A DNA stretch of 64,000 nucleotides from the human T2T-CHM13v2.0 reference genome, Homo sapiens: assembly GCF_009914755.1 (NCBI RefSeq), contig NC_060934.1; one strand, written 5' to 3'. The position numbers and the translations under genes are program-made. The notes beneath the pieces are model-generated. The model was not told the origin of the DNA. It searched no databases and worked only from the letters and a program-made list of their open reading frames with translations. Positions 29,700 to 44,035 of the stretch are shown here, one piece after another (position 1 is the first letter of the stretch; each line of letters opens with the position of its first letter).

Positions 29700-29870
29700 T
29701 TTGGCTTTGTGTCCTTGGCCAAAAGATTTAACCTCACTGAGCCTTGGTCTTATTTTTTGTAAAATAGGAGATTATAATAGCTTTGTCCTTGGGTTTGTTC
29801 TGAAGACTAAATGAGATGATATATGTAAAGAATTTAGTACTGTGCCTGGCACAAGTCAACAATAACAGTT
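29700..29870 (+). mobile_element. MIR SINE
   Basis: tgtgtccttggccaaaagatttaacctcactgagcc...taaatgagatgatatatgtaaag...tgtgcctggcaca. Confidence 0.85.
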
Positions 29871-31159
29871 TTGTTGTCATTACTGTTATTGTTTTAAAGT
29901 TGTAGCTACTATTTATTGTTATTTTATTTTAAAAAATTCTTGTCTGTTTGTCCCTTACATAAGCTATCTTTGGCATTAATTACATCTACAAATTCCCAGT
30001 TGTCACTTGATCTGATTTGCTTTACTTCCAATCACAGTGGTCCCTGCTCTTTAGCATGCAGGGCTACATTTGTCAGTGATTACCTTATGAAATACCCTGG
30101 TGCAAAGCCAGAATTTAATATGAAGATCTTGTCAGGAGAGCTACATTCCTAGTACAGTCACAATGTTGGCAAAGAATATAGTTGGACTAGAGGACTTTTT
30201 AGATCTTTCCAGGTCTGAGATCTGGGACTTCCAGAGTCTCTAATCTCCGTAAAGAGAACAGTAATGTCTTGTCCCATTTCTGTATGCAAGAGTGATGTAT
30301 GTGATTCTGCCAGCTTTTTCCAGAATACTCACTACTAGTGACTAACACTTTTTAGTGTTAACCATCTAAAAGATTGGGAATAATGTCAGTTTGCATACCT
30401 ATAAAGTAAAAATGATACCATGGGAAGGGTATGCTGCAGTATGAACAAGATAATATGTTTATAGCACCCTTCACAATACACCTTGCTCCATGCTAGCACG
30501 GTTAGACATTGTCTCTGGAATGCTACTGTGATACTTGTTCATTACGACCCCAGTGTAGGGCTCAGGAACTTAACTACACAACTGTGTCCCCACTATAACC
30601 CTGCTCTAACCAAATAGTCTTACAAGCCTCCAATGCCCTGACTGAATTCAAAGATGAGCTGATTTTTAGATAAACTTGCAAAGGAATATAACCTTAAATG
30701 ATCTCCTATTTATAATTTATAAAACACACTTATACAAATTGATAATGATGTATGTTTGAATAATTCAAGAAACAGGATGTCAATAGATTTTAGCACCAAG
30801 TACCAAGAAAGCTTCTGCTTGTGAATATTAATTTGACTAATTTGAGATATTAGGCCATCTAGTATGGTAAGCATATTTGCAGAGTAGTAGGATTTTCGAA
30901 GGGTAATCTAATCAGAAATGGGCCAACTAGCATTTGTAAAAAATGTAACAATTACCTGAAGATCTCATATGAGATATTTTGCAACTGGCAAAGAGCAAGA
31001 TACCCTAAGTAAAATGTAACTGAGCACCAAATTAAATATTGGGAAAATGTCTGGAAAGAATCCATAGTAAGTTGCTTTGTTTTGTACTGTGCTTTCCTCC
31101 TATTTATACAAATACATTTATAGATGAGTATAGACATTTATAGTCTGAGTAGTTTCATT

Positions 31160-32430
<1,271 letters not shown>

Positions 32431-32444
32431 TTTAACATAATGGT

Positions 32445-32530
32445 TATTATATATGTATAATATATGTATATATAATACACTATATATATCTATTATATAG
32501 ATATATCTATTATATAGATATATATATAAT
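32445..32530. repeat. AT-rich simple repeat with an internal 17-bp duplication
   Basis: ctattatatagatatat occurs twice within TA runs. Confidence 0.8.
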
Positions 32531-34389
32531 TTTTCATCATCAATGTGCTAAATCCTGAGGATACAAAGAATAAAAGTATATTTTGCTTTGTTCTTGTAAC
32601 ATAAACCTATATATAAATAAACAGAAATTGTAAGTCAGTATAAAAGCCAGATACTTCATCGTCCTGCAAGTATGTAAATGCATTTTAAAATGAACACCTT
32701 AGAAAGGGGATTGTGGATTCAGTTTCCAGTGACTAATTTATGTCTACATTGGGAGGAATGTGTAAGTCTAATACACGCTTTCTATCATTGTTTTATTTTA
32801 ATCCTCCACACAAACTTGGGTAACACTATTCTGTGAACCACCTGAGGGACCAGCTTTGTAACCCTGAGTGGAGGTTAATATATATTAAAAAATAGTGTTA
32901 TAATGAGTGCACTCCAGTCTCCAGAATCCAGGTTAAACATGTCATCATGACCAGAGGCCATTGCTAATTTTACTTTCATGTGAATCTCTTTTTAGGCTTC
33001 ACATCTAGTTGGGATTATTTAGAAATGACCAAGACTACAATTATTATACACAGTTTATTAGAAAAAGAAAAGGCATTTGCCTTTATGTTATTGATTTATT
33101 TACTTGTGTTAGTTTTAAGAAAAGACAAACAGATCAGATATAGAAACACAGCAATGCTATTTTCTATCAAATTCCTCTGGGTGTCTCATGAAAATCTTGC
33201 ATATTGAATTTTAAATCCAATTCGTGCAGCCCAGAATGACATTTCAGTATATTATGAGTTGTAGTCAATATATTGATTACAGTCTCTTTGGGCTTACAAT
33301 GATTAAAGACCATCACATGGATACAGTATTTGTTTAGCAGACAATTCTCAAGATTTTCATGTGTGATACAGAAGCCCTAACAATTATATTGTATGTGTGC
33401 CAAATGTTTTTCAAGGCTATTGAAAATAAGAAAATTTAATTAAAATGGTGTGAATTCATTTAAATTTGTATGGAGAGAATGGGAGATATAATTATGAGCC
33501 TGTTCTTGGTTGTTTATTGCATGAAGTTGGCTACTTGGTAATTTCAAGACCATGGTAAACCAGGGTTATTTTGAAGTCATCAACAAGTCATCCTTGGAAA
33601 GAACTTCCAATTCTTAAGCACCTTATACCTGCCTGGTATGCTAAACATACAAACTCATTTACTCTTCACAACCATCTTCCACAGAAATGTTATTATTTCC
33701 AAATGTGGAAACTGAGACTTCTAGAGGACACGTAGTTTGCCAAAGGCCACACAAATCCAGTAGGGCTGAACTTAGAATGAGGCCTCCAAAACTGCAAGTA
33801 AAATTTAAATAAATACAAAATAACTTACTTTGATTAAATCTGGACTACATTGAGAAAGCCCTTGTTTTGTTTTTATCACACAGCTCTCATAAAATTATTA
33901 TTATTTTTTAATTGCAAAGTATGCTAAGTACAAAATGGTAGCTCCAACTTTAGTCTGAATAACTACAATCTCCACTGAGGGATTTCTTTCCAACAACAGT
34001 GTTCCATGGAAGCAGAGATGACTTTTGTGGTCTCAAGTGGACTTGGCCCTCAAAGGGGAAGCTGCCTCTGAGGGTGGGGTTATTCACTCCAACTCTGGGG
34101 GCTGTGAAGCCATCTCCAGGGATGGCATGACCAGTTGGGTCTTGAATGGAGAGTTACATAAAACCTCAGGAATTAATGATTTAATACCATATTCTGTATT
34201 TATTTTCTTATTTTTTCATGAAGATCTTCATACCATAGGGTCTCAAATATTTAGGAAAAAAAATGTTTGGATTAAACCTTCTATCACATTACTCTTGCCT
34301 TGAATTGTGAATTTTTAAAAATGAAATTTCAGTTGGGATCACTTTTGTGTCCAGTTACCTAATATATATATAGGCCTAATCAATAATAA

Positions 34390-34620
34390 ACATGACTACT
34401 ATTTATGCATACCAGGTGCTCTGCTAGGAGCTTTTGTTTAATTAGCCCAGTACACTCACACAGCCCATATGAGACTAGTATTATAAACCACATATACAGA
34501 TGAGATAATGGGGGTTTAGAAAAGCTCATTAGCTTGCCTAAATTCACCAACTAGTGTGATTAAAATTGGATGTGAATGCAGAGCTAGTTGATTCGGAAAT
34601 GGGTGCTTTAATAATACTAT
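34390..34620 (-). mobile_element. MIR SINE
   Basis: tatttatgcataccaggtgctctgctagg...atacagatgagataatgggg. Confidence 0.7.
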
Positions 34621-35849
34621 TCAGTTCCTATATTTTTTAACATATCCCCACATAGTGTATTAACATGTTCTTAGAGATATATGGAGAAGGAAAATTCACC
34701 TAAAAATCTATACCAGGGAACAGTTAGCAATCTTTGTTTAGGTTCATCTGAAGTTTCTGTAGGCAGTTTTCTGGAATAAGCTTCTCTATGGCTGGTATTG
34801 CATCAGCAGCAGTTTCAATAGGGCAGTCTCTGTGTCTAGAGCTCAAGAAAATCAGAGCCTGGGTCATGGTAGGTAGGCAAAGGCTGAGGCAGCAATGTCA
34901 CTCTTAGGAGGGAAGCAATAACCTAAGCCAAATAAATGGTCATAGTACACCCTCAAGCTAAGGTATTGTCACAAACAGGGGGCTGGAGCCTGGATTCATT
35001 CATCAAAGAGCATGCCTGTTGATTGTGCAGAAGGCATCCATTTTAGAGAATTTGGATCTTTGAGACATGGTAGAGCAAACAAAACAAATGACATTTATTT
35101 CACACTTGATATATGCCAGACATTATGCCAGGCAATTCATTTGCACAACTTTATTGTATTCTTATCAAAATCTATTGAAAAAAGTATTGTTATCTCATTT
35201 CAAGATGAAGATGCTAGGACTTAAAAAAAAGTTTTTGGATCAACATTATACAGCTACTAAGCAAGATACTACGATATAAACCCTTTCTGTGCATCTTTCC
35301 ACAGCCCAGTGCTGTTTTCCTGGAGATTGCTACTGAAAGTCATTTTCAACCTCATACCTGGAAAGATAGGGAAGCCAAGGCACAGAGAAGATGAATGATT
35401 TCTCTGAGGTCATAAAACTATTAAGTGCCAGAACCAGGTTTTACTGCCAGTCTATTTGATTTCAAAATTATTTCAATTAGATCATTGCCATCTCTATGTT
35501 AATATATCGTTAATCCTTAAGAAAACTGTCATCTGACCCAAACTCCCACACCAGCAGCCAAGTTGCTTCTTTGCTTCTGTTGCTGCAAAACTCTTTTAAG
35601 ATGTATCTACACTCAGGTTGGCAGTTCCTCTACTTCTGGCAGCCAGTTCCTCTACTTCTGTTCTCCTAACTTTTTCAGATTGCTTTTCCCCTCTCATGCT
35701 CATACAGAAGTCATCCGGATCCCATACTGCTCAATCGATGACCAATTCCCAGTCTTGGGTGATCTATCAGCAAGGCCATCTTGCCCTTCTATTGGGTAAA
35801 CTTTGTTCAAATGGCTCCTAGTGTCATATATACTCAGTCTTTCTCCTAC

Positions 35850-36690
35850 CTTGCTGAACACCCTTTCTTACTTCTCTCCAAGCTCTTCACACAGGAGCAT
35901 CTTTTTTTTGATGCTCTTGTCTCTTGCTTTCTCCTCATGACTTTGGTGAATTTATCCCATGTTCATAACTCTATGTATCACCTACATTTCAACAACATTA
36001 AAAATTATAGCTTCAGCTGAGACCTGCTTTCCAAACTCTAGACTTGTATTTGCAAATGTCTACCTTATATCCCTATTTGGCTGTCTAACAGATATTTAAG
36101 ACAATATCTCCAGTACTTGATTCCTATTCTTCCCTCAAAACCTGCTTCACCAGCTGCCTCTCTCATCTCAAGAATCTGCATCTTTCTCATTATTGCTACT
36201 GTTAACACACTGATCCAAACCATTATCATTTCTTGTCTGGATTATTTAAAATAAATAATAAAAAACTAAATATTTAATGGGATTTCCTACTTCAAACTCA
36301 GTTCATCTAGGGTCTGTTTTCAATATGGCAGCCAATATGGCAGCGTGACCAAAATGTGTCCCGTTATGTCATTCCCATTCTCAAAAATGACCTCACCATC
36401 TGACTCAGAAACAGTTGAAACATTTACAATGGTCTTCTTCTGAGCTCCTCTCTCTTTCTCTACACCCATCATACCATCACATTCCAGCTGTAGGATGTTG
36501 GCTGTAGAATTTTGCACTGGTTGAGTTGCCCTATCCCCAGATATCAGCTTTAATAACTACCTCATCCTTTTCAAGTCTTTGTCCATGTTTTACACTCTCA
36601 GTAATCCCTACTCTGAACTATCTAACGAAGTAAACTGCCTGCCATCTTATTTTGTCCTCCTGATTCTGCCTATGCTGTTCCCATAAAATA

Positions 36691-36765
<75 letters not shown>

Positions 36766-36960
36766 AAGATGCATCGCTTTCTAACACTCTAGATAATGTG
36801 TTTATTTAGCATGGATATTGCTTATTGTTGGTTTTCTCCCCTAGAATGTAAATACCACAAGGGCATAAATTTGGTCTTTTTACCACTAGTGTATTTTGAG
36901 CACTTAAAACAGTGCCTGAGACATAATAGGTCCTCAAAAAATACTTGTTGAATGAGATAA
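35850..36960 (+). mobile_element. L2 (L2a-like) 3' portion
   Basis: Pyrimidine-rich L2 body ending agtgcctgagacataataggtcctcaaaaaatacttgttgaatga. Confidence 0.8.
36688..36760. repeat. (TA)n microsatellite, twice interrupted by CA
   Basis: Visible directly. Confidence 0.95.
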
Positions 36961-37254
36961 TAAAAGTAAGTATATTGCAGACCTTTTTTAGCCATCTTAA
37001 CTTTGCAGAAATTTAAGTATCTAATCTGAAGTATCTGAGGGTACATTTTTCCCCTCATAATCTCTGCTATTTAACTAGTGTCTAATTTCCTACCAATTAG
37101 TCTATGTAAATTTATTTCAGGCTTCATATAAACCACTGAGCAGCTCAATGATATTGATCTTTACTGCCATTTAATGGGGTTGGTCAGTGATCAACTCCAG
37201 GCAAGACCCTGAATCAGCTTTTACTTATCTGCCCTCTGGCATGTAAATAAGTGG

Positions 37255-37850
37255 ACAAATGTCTGCAAACTCATGAGACCCTTCCTCTTTTCCTTAAATG
37301 TTGTCATATGCCTATCTGTGCTCTTTCTTTGGTTAGAAAAATAAAGGGAATTTAAAATCTTTGGAATAACAGGAAGAACTAGAATCATTCATAAGTATTT
37401 TCTTCAACTTTACTCTAATTGCCCTAAGATTAATCTCTTGTTACAACAGCAAAGTCTAGCCTCTCTAGAATTCCTTGAACACTGTATTTCAATAATTTGA
37501 TCCTCATGGACAGTGAATCTATCTGTCACAGTCAGTTGTCCTTTCACTCTTTGAATCAATTGGCGTTTACCCATATCAAACTCTATTTGTCCATCACTTC
37601 TAAAACTCTTGATAATTTCCAATTGCTCATGGAGCTGAGCTTGAAGGTTGACATGGATCATCCATTCTTTCCAGAATGACAAATAGCATTACATGGTGAT
37701 CCTCACATTTTATCTTAATTTCTTGGCAAATGTTAATTTAATTTTCTGCTAAATGGTTTCAATCTCATGCAGAACCAAAGTGAACTAAGTTAACTATCTC
37801 AGAAATATCCCCTGTCTTGTCAGGATAATTATTTCTTTCATTTAAATGAA
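37255..37850 (-). mobile_element. Ancient R4/Dong-clade LINE (Mam_R4-like) reverse transcriptase fossil
   Basis: Minus-strand translation across frameshifts gives ordered RT motifs: GIF (37811-37803) / DS*LSSLWFCMRLKPFSRKLN; MDD (37665-37657); LEIIKSFRSDGQIEFDMGK...KGQL; YSVQGILE (37486-37463); STDR...KE..KGLMSL (to 37266). Confidence 0.75.
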
Positions 37851-38009
37851 AATTAAGTAACACTCTGTGGTGATTTTTTTAGATCATCAACATAATTTCT
37901 GATGTCACTGTGAACCTCTGAGACACGTTAAGCTTAAATTTCCCCCTAGGCTCAAAGTGGTTATATGAATTTACTTGTTCAAAAGAGATTGCATAGAAAC
38001 CTAACACAA

Positions 38010-38190
38010 ACTGACGGCATCTTGGAGCTAAAAGTAGTCTTAGGTATTATGAAACCCAGTCATAACAGAGTTTGCAAGTAGAGAAACTGAAGCTCAGAAA
38101 GGAAAGTTGAATGTATAAGTTCACATTGCACCAAATTGGGCAGAGACGAATAGCAAACCTTGGTCTTTTGACTTAGTCCAATAAAGCTAT
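38010..38190 (-). mobile_element. MIR SINE
   Basis: tttgcaagtagagaaactgaagctcagaaagg. Confidence 0.6.
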
Positions 38191-38552
38191 AAAATTACAT
38201 GCAAATGTTGGTGAATATTTGCAGAACATTTGTTTGAGAAACGTGTCCTTAGCAATTTATCACAAAGGTCAGTGATCTCTCTAATGTTAGGCACCAAGGT
38301 CCACTTCACTATTTTACAGACACAGTTGGCCCAGGGTCCATGTAAAGTTAATCCAAGAATCCATGTAAAACTAAATTGAGCTTTGTATTCAGTTTTAAAC
38401 AATAGTAACTTCTTTCTTACTAATGAGCATGGATGGATTAGTTGGGTATCCCTGCTGGGGCATTGGATTGCTGTGACTTCAGTGCTCTCTGGAACAAGCG
38501 CAGTCCAGGTGCCTGTGTGTGGAGAAGATAAAACACTTGATGTTCAGGTTTG

Positions 38553-39681
38553 TTTTTTTTTTTAATTTCAATTTTTATTTTAAGTTCTGAGGTGCATGTC
38601 TAGGATGTGCAGGTTTGTTACATAGGTAAATGTGTGCCATGGTGGTTTGCTGCACCTATCAACCCATCACTTAGGTGTTAAGCCCAGGATACACTAGCTA
38701 TTTTTCCTAATGCTCTCCCTACCCTGACCTAACCCCCTAACAGGCCCCAGTTCGTGTTGTTCCTCTCCCTGTGTCTATGTGTTCTCATTGTTCAGCTCCT
38801 ACTTATAAGTGAGGACATGCGATGTTTGGTTTTCTGTTTCTGTGTTAGTTTGCTGAGGATAATGGCTTTCAGCTCCATCCATGTCCCTGTAAAGGACAAG
38901 ATCTTGTTCCTTTTTATGGCTGCATAGTATTCCATGGTGTATATGTACCACATTTTCTTTATCCAGTCTATCACTGATGGGCATTTGGGTTAATTCTGTG
39001 TCTTTGCTGTTGTGAATAGTGCTGCAATGAACATACATGTCCATGTATCTTTGTAACAGAGTAATTTATATTCCTCTAGGTATATACCTAGAAGAAAATA
39101 TAGGAAATACCATTCAGGACATAGGGATGGGCAAAGATTTCATGATGAAAGTGCCAAAAGCAATTGCAGCAAAAGCAAAAATTGACAAATGGGATCTCAT
39201 TACATTAAGTAGCTTCTGCACAGTAAAAGAAACTATCATCAGAGGAAACAGGCAACCTACAGAGTGGGAGACCATTTCTGCATTCTATTCATCTGACAAA
39301 CATCTAATATCCAGAATCTACACGGAACTTAAACTTACAACAAAAAACAGCCCCATTAAAAAGTGGGCAAAAGACATGAACAAACACTTCTCAAAAGAAG
39401 ACACTCATGAAGCCAATAAACATATGACAAAAAGTTCAACATCACTGATTATTAGAGAAATGCAAATCAAAACCACAATGAAATACCATCTCACACCAGT
39501 CAGAATGGTGATTATTAAAAACTCAAGGTACAACACATGCTGGCAAAGTTGCAGAGAAATAGGAATGCTTTTACACTATTGGAGGGAATGTAAATTAGTT
39601 CAACCATTGTGGAAGACAGTGTGGCGATTCCTCAAGGATCTAGAACCAGAAATATCATTTGACCCAGCACTCCCATTACTG
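38553..39681 (-). mobile_element. 5'-truncated, 5'-inverted L1PA (PA8-10-like)
   Basis: The minus segment 38553-39088 carries the 3' UTR and poly-A. The plus segment (about 39087-39681) is ORF2 C-terminal sequence. Degenerate TSD tgatgttcaggttt/tgaagttcagtatt. Confidence 0.92.
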
Positions 39682-40360
39682 AAGTTCAGTATTTCTAAAC
39701 AGAGAAGATAATTAGTTTTTTATCTTCTGTTGACTTCTACCTCTCCTCCGCAAAGATTTCAATTAGTAAAAATAAAAGCTAACACACACATAGGTAAGAA
39801 AACTCAAATACGATCTCCTTTTGCAAAATTTTTATTATGAGATTTTGAAATAATAGGACGTGTGATGATATGTAAATTCCTTCCACTATAGCTTTTGAGG
39901 TTGTGTGTGTATGTGTAAGTGCGAATGTGTGTGTGTGTGTGTGTATGGATTTGCGTGAGAATTAGATATTAACATTAAAAAACTTATTTTTCCATCATAT
40001 ATCAGAAAACATGATTTTTAATAAATGTATCATCTAATATGCAAAGATGTATTACAAGAAAAAAATTAATATGCCTGCTTTGCCACTAAATCCATCACCC
40101 CCAGGCATTCTCATTCTCCCTTCTAAAGCCCATTTTTCATCTGTAAGTGAAAGAATTGAACTAGTTTGCTAAGACCCTTTGTTAATAATCAGTGTGTATG
40201 TGGTGACTTGCTACTAAACTCAAACTGCAGGTCACCTCCACCATTTTCTGAGACAGAAATTGTATGAGCAGTTTTTTTGCGTGATTGAAAATAATATATG
40301 CATGTGAGACATTGGCAGCTAAGAACTTGGCTATTATATGCATATCAGACACCGTGATAG

Positions 40361-40678
<318 letters not shown>

Positions 40679-41254
40679 GATCCCTGCTCTTTCTTAATCA
40701 TAGCTTTGAACAGTTGTAGTCCCAAGGCTATCCCTCTTATGGTTTTAAAGTTGACCCTTCTGGCATTATAATAAGTTATGCACTCTAGGATTTTTCATTG
40801 AGAAAAGACTAAGAATTGATTTTAATCTCAGATCTTACAGTTCAGCAAACAGCTTTTTCCTACTTGATTTTTTTTTTGTCCCATATCCCTTTCCCATGCA
40901 TTTCTCTTTTGCTCTTCTCTCCCTTCCATTTACCCAACTAGGTCTCACATCTCAGAATCAGATGTAATAGATTTTTGTGTTTCCACCTAGTACTGTTTTC
41001 CTAGAGTAATCTGGGAAAGTTGGGCACGCCTAGCAGACAACATAGACTTTGTGGAATATCCTTCTTCCACAACTTAAAGGGTCTTCTTTACAAAATTACA
41101 AATCTTTACAAAATTACAGTTAAAAGGTCTTAGCAGAAGCCCTAAGAAAGTGGGAGCCCAAAGGGTAAGCCTCATCAAATTCCTGGTAAATCCATATATG
41201 TCCATCTCTGTCTGGCTGTGTCTACTTTTGTATGTTCCAATGTTTTAGAGTGCA

Positions 41255-41255
<1 letters not shown>

Positions 41256-41290
<35 letters not shown>
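41256..41290. repeat. (CA)n microsatellite, about 17 units
   Basis: Uninterrupted AC run. Confidence 0.97.
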
Positions 41291-41292
<2 letters not shown>

Positions 41293-42814
41293 GATGCAAA
41301 ATGCTGGTGTCCTGCCACTTTCTCTTTGGCAGAATGTGAGACTAAAAACATTCTCAGTGAGTTCTTGCCTAAAGAATGTAGGACTATTTTGAAGGCTCCA
41401 GAGGACAATTAATAAGATTTTATTTTTCTTTTTATTAGAATTTACATTTATTGACGTTCATAAAGAAGCTGATAACTGCTTAGAATATGAACTCAGATAT
41501 GGTCTCTCTGACAAGATGCCCTCCTGCACAAAATGTTGGCATTAGCATTATGCATGCAATTGATGTGATATATTCAGAATTACTCTGAAAGAAAAGAAGA
41601 AAATGTTAAGGAGACTGATACATTCAAACAATTTTAGGTTTGTAACATGGTTGTTAGCGATAAAATTTGAAGAAGAATTAAGGGTGAGAGAAAAAGTAAT
41701 TGGCCTCCAGTAAACACCTCTCACTGCCAGTACAAGGCAAGGAGACAAGGTCAGCATTCATATTTCATAAGCCTAGTAATAACACCACTGTAATCTGCAC
41801 AGCTACTTTGGATGTGAGATGATATTCTATTTCTGGGGGAGTCAGCTTTTCTTTATGTACAGTATCTCTCTTTTCCCATTTAAAAATTATTTCCATTCAT
41901 TAAAAAAGAGATAAAAGAATTACAAAACTACCTCCCTTGTTCCCAGAACTCTCTATTGACATGATTGTTTATTTCTCTTTCTGCCTTTAATGTCTTTATA
42001 AGTATTTATTTAACTTATTTGAGAATATATTGTCTATGTTTTATCCTGTTTTATTCTCTTTACATATTTCTATGCTAACATTCCTCATTGTAAACAGCCT
42101 TTTTGCAGATGTTTACCTTAAATATCAAACACCAAATATCAAAGTTTACTAAACTTTTCCTCCCATTGTTAAATATCTAGATTAATTCCAAATTTTCTTC
42201 ATTAAACATACATTGCCGTGAATATTTTCTATCTAATCAGTTTCTTTATTTTAGATTACATTCTTAGAATATATTCCCAGAAGTAGAATTAGAGACTCCA
42301 AGGATTTGAATCTTTTAAAAAGTGTTTTTAATACATGGTTCCAAATCTCATACCAAATGGAATACATTGATTTTCATATTTAATATCTAAATTTGTGAAA
42401 TATTCTGCTGAATTAACTTTGATTTTTTTCCCGTCAGTCTTTAATTAAAAGTTGCTGTCTCTCTCAGTTACAGGACTAGCTACCAGATTTGAACTGACTG
42501 CCAGTCATTCTGGGTAAAAGCGTCAGGTTTTTCTTAACTCTGTTGAGTATATATCCTATTCAAAAAACTGAGTTTTTTGTGGGGCAAATAATTAGCATGA
42601 AATGCAAGTTGGCTCTCTTCATCCTTCTCGTTAAATCTTGCATACCATCTTAAAATACTTGAACTTTTCTTTTTAATCCATAATAGGCAAAATAAATACT
42701 CAAATTAGCAAACAAAAATCAAAATAACAGTCTTTATAAAAGAATAGTATTTCACCATGATTAACATTTTCATGTGTGGTGCACACTTATACAAAATGAG
42801 TTTTTGAAAATTTT

Positions 42815-43677
42815 ATTATTCCCCTGCAGCCCTCCAGCCCAGAATAATCACCATTCTACTCTCTACTTCTCTTCAGCTTTTTTAGATTTCACGTATAAGT
42901 AAGATCATAAAATATTTGTCTTTCTGTGTTTGGCTTATTTCACTCAGCATAATGTCCTCCAAGGTCATCCATATTGTTACAAATGGCAGAATCTTCTTCT
43001 TTTTAAAAGCTGAATAGTACTTTAGTGTGTGTGTATGTGTGTGTGTGTGTGCGCATAAAATAGAACCACACTTTCATGACTCATTCATCCATCAGTGGAC
43101 AGTTGGATCATTTCCATATCTTGGTTATTGTGAATAATGTTACAGTGAACATGTGGGTACAGCAATTTCTTCCAGATGGTGATTTCATTTTCTTTGGATA
43201 TATACCCAGAAGTGAGATTGCTGGACAACATGGTAGTTCTATTTTCAATTTTTAGGAGCACTCATACTGCTTTTTCATAATGGCTATACCAGTTCTCCCC
43301 ACCAACGATAGACAAGGGTTCCTTTTTCTTCACATTCTCACCAACACTTGTTGCCTCTTGTCTTTTTCATGATAGCCATCCTAACAGTTTTGAGATGATA
43401 CTGTGGTTTTGATTTGCATATCTCTGCTGACTAGTGATGTTGCACATCTTTTCCTATATCTGTTGATCACTTGTATGTATTCTTTGGAAAAAAATGTCTG
43501 TTCAGGTTCTTTGCTCATTTTTTAATTGAGTTATTTGGTTTTTTTTTTTCTAATGACTTGTGTCAGTTTTTAAAATGTATTAGATATTAATCCTTCATCA
43601 GATATATGGTTTGCATATATATTCTCTTATTTTATAGCTTATCTTTTCATTTCATTGATTGTTTGCTGTGAAAAAAA
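42815..43677 (-). mobile_element. L1MA/MB 3' fragment with internal (TG)n
   Basis: tttggcttatttcactcagcataatgtcctcc; ggatatatacccagaagtgagattgctgg; tatatggtttgcatat. Confidence 0.88.
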
Positions 43678-43779
43678 ATCCATCATTAAGGGGAAATAAA
43701 CAAGGGTGATTTTTTTCTCACTTTGTGTTGATTTTTTTTTGAGACATAATTTGAGTTGTACATCACTAATTAGAATTGA

Positions 43780-44035
43780 GATAAAAAGATGGAAGAAAGC
43801 CACTTCCACAGCACGTTTTATATGAACTCGCAGGAAGCAGAAGTATGCAGAAGTTAGAAGAGGCACCTTGAGCTCAAAATGAAAAAATTCTGTCTTTTAA
43901 ACATCACTGCTTGTCTTCATCAGAAACCAAATGTGACTTCTTGGTAGGGATGTTGTAAAGGGGTTTACCATTGGTGGGTAGATGAATTCCATGAATTTAA
44001 AATTGCTTTTCACCTTTGAAATTTAGTGAGTTCAT
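43780..44035 (+). mobile_element. L3/CR1-like 3' fragment
   Basis: gcagaagttagaagaggcaccttgagctcaaaatg and a CR1-like terminus. Highly diverged. Confidence 0.35.

Noticed and set aside
30956-30984. Minus-strand 29-nt exon-like unit (tctttgccag|...cag|gtaatt) containing the palindrome atctcatatgagat
   Set aside because: It is not frame-preserving and lies on the opposite strand to the other candidates. It shows such patterns arise by chance, which is why the exon candidates carry low confidence.
33270-33340. 'YIDY' RT-like peptide on the + strand
   Set aside because: It is a single short motif, on the opposite strand and 4 kb from the R4 fossil, with no collinear support.
41085-41118. 18-bp tandem duplication, with similar short ones near 28030 and 45035
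   Set aside because: Ordinary slippage duplications. There is no repeat-spacer array, so nothing CRISPR-like.
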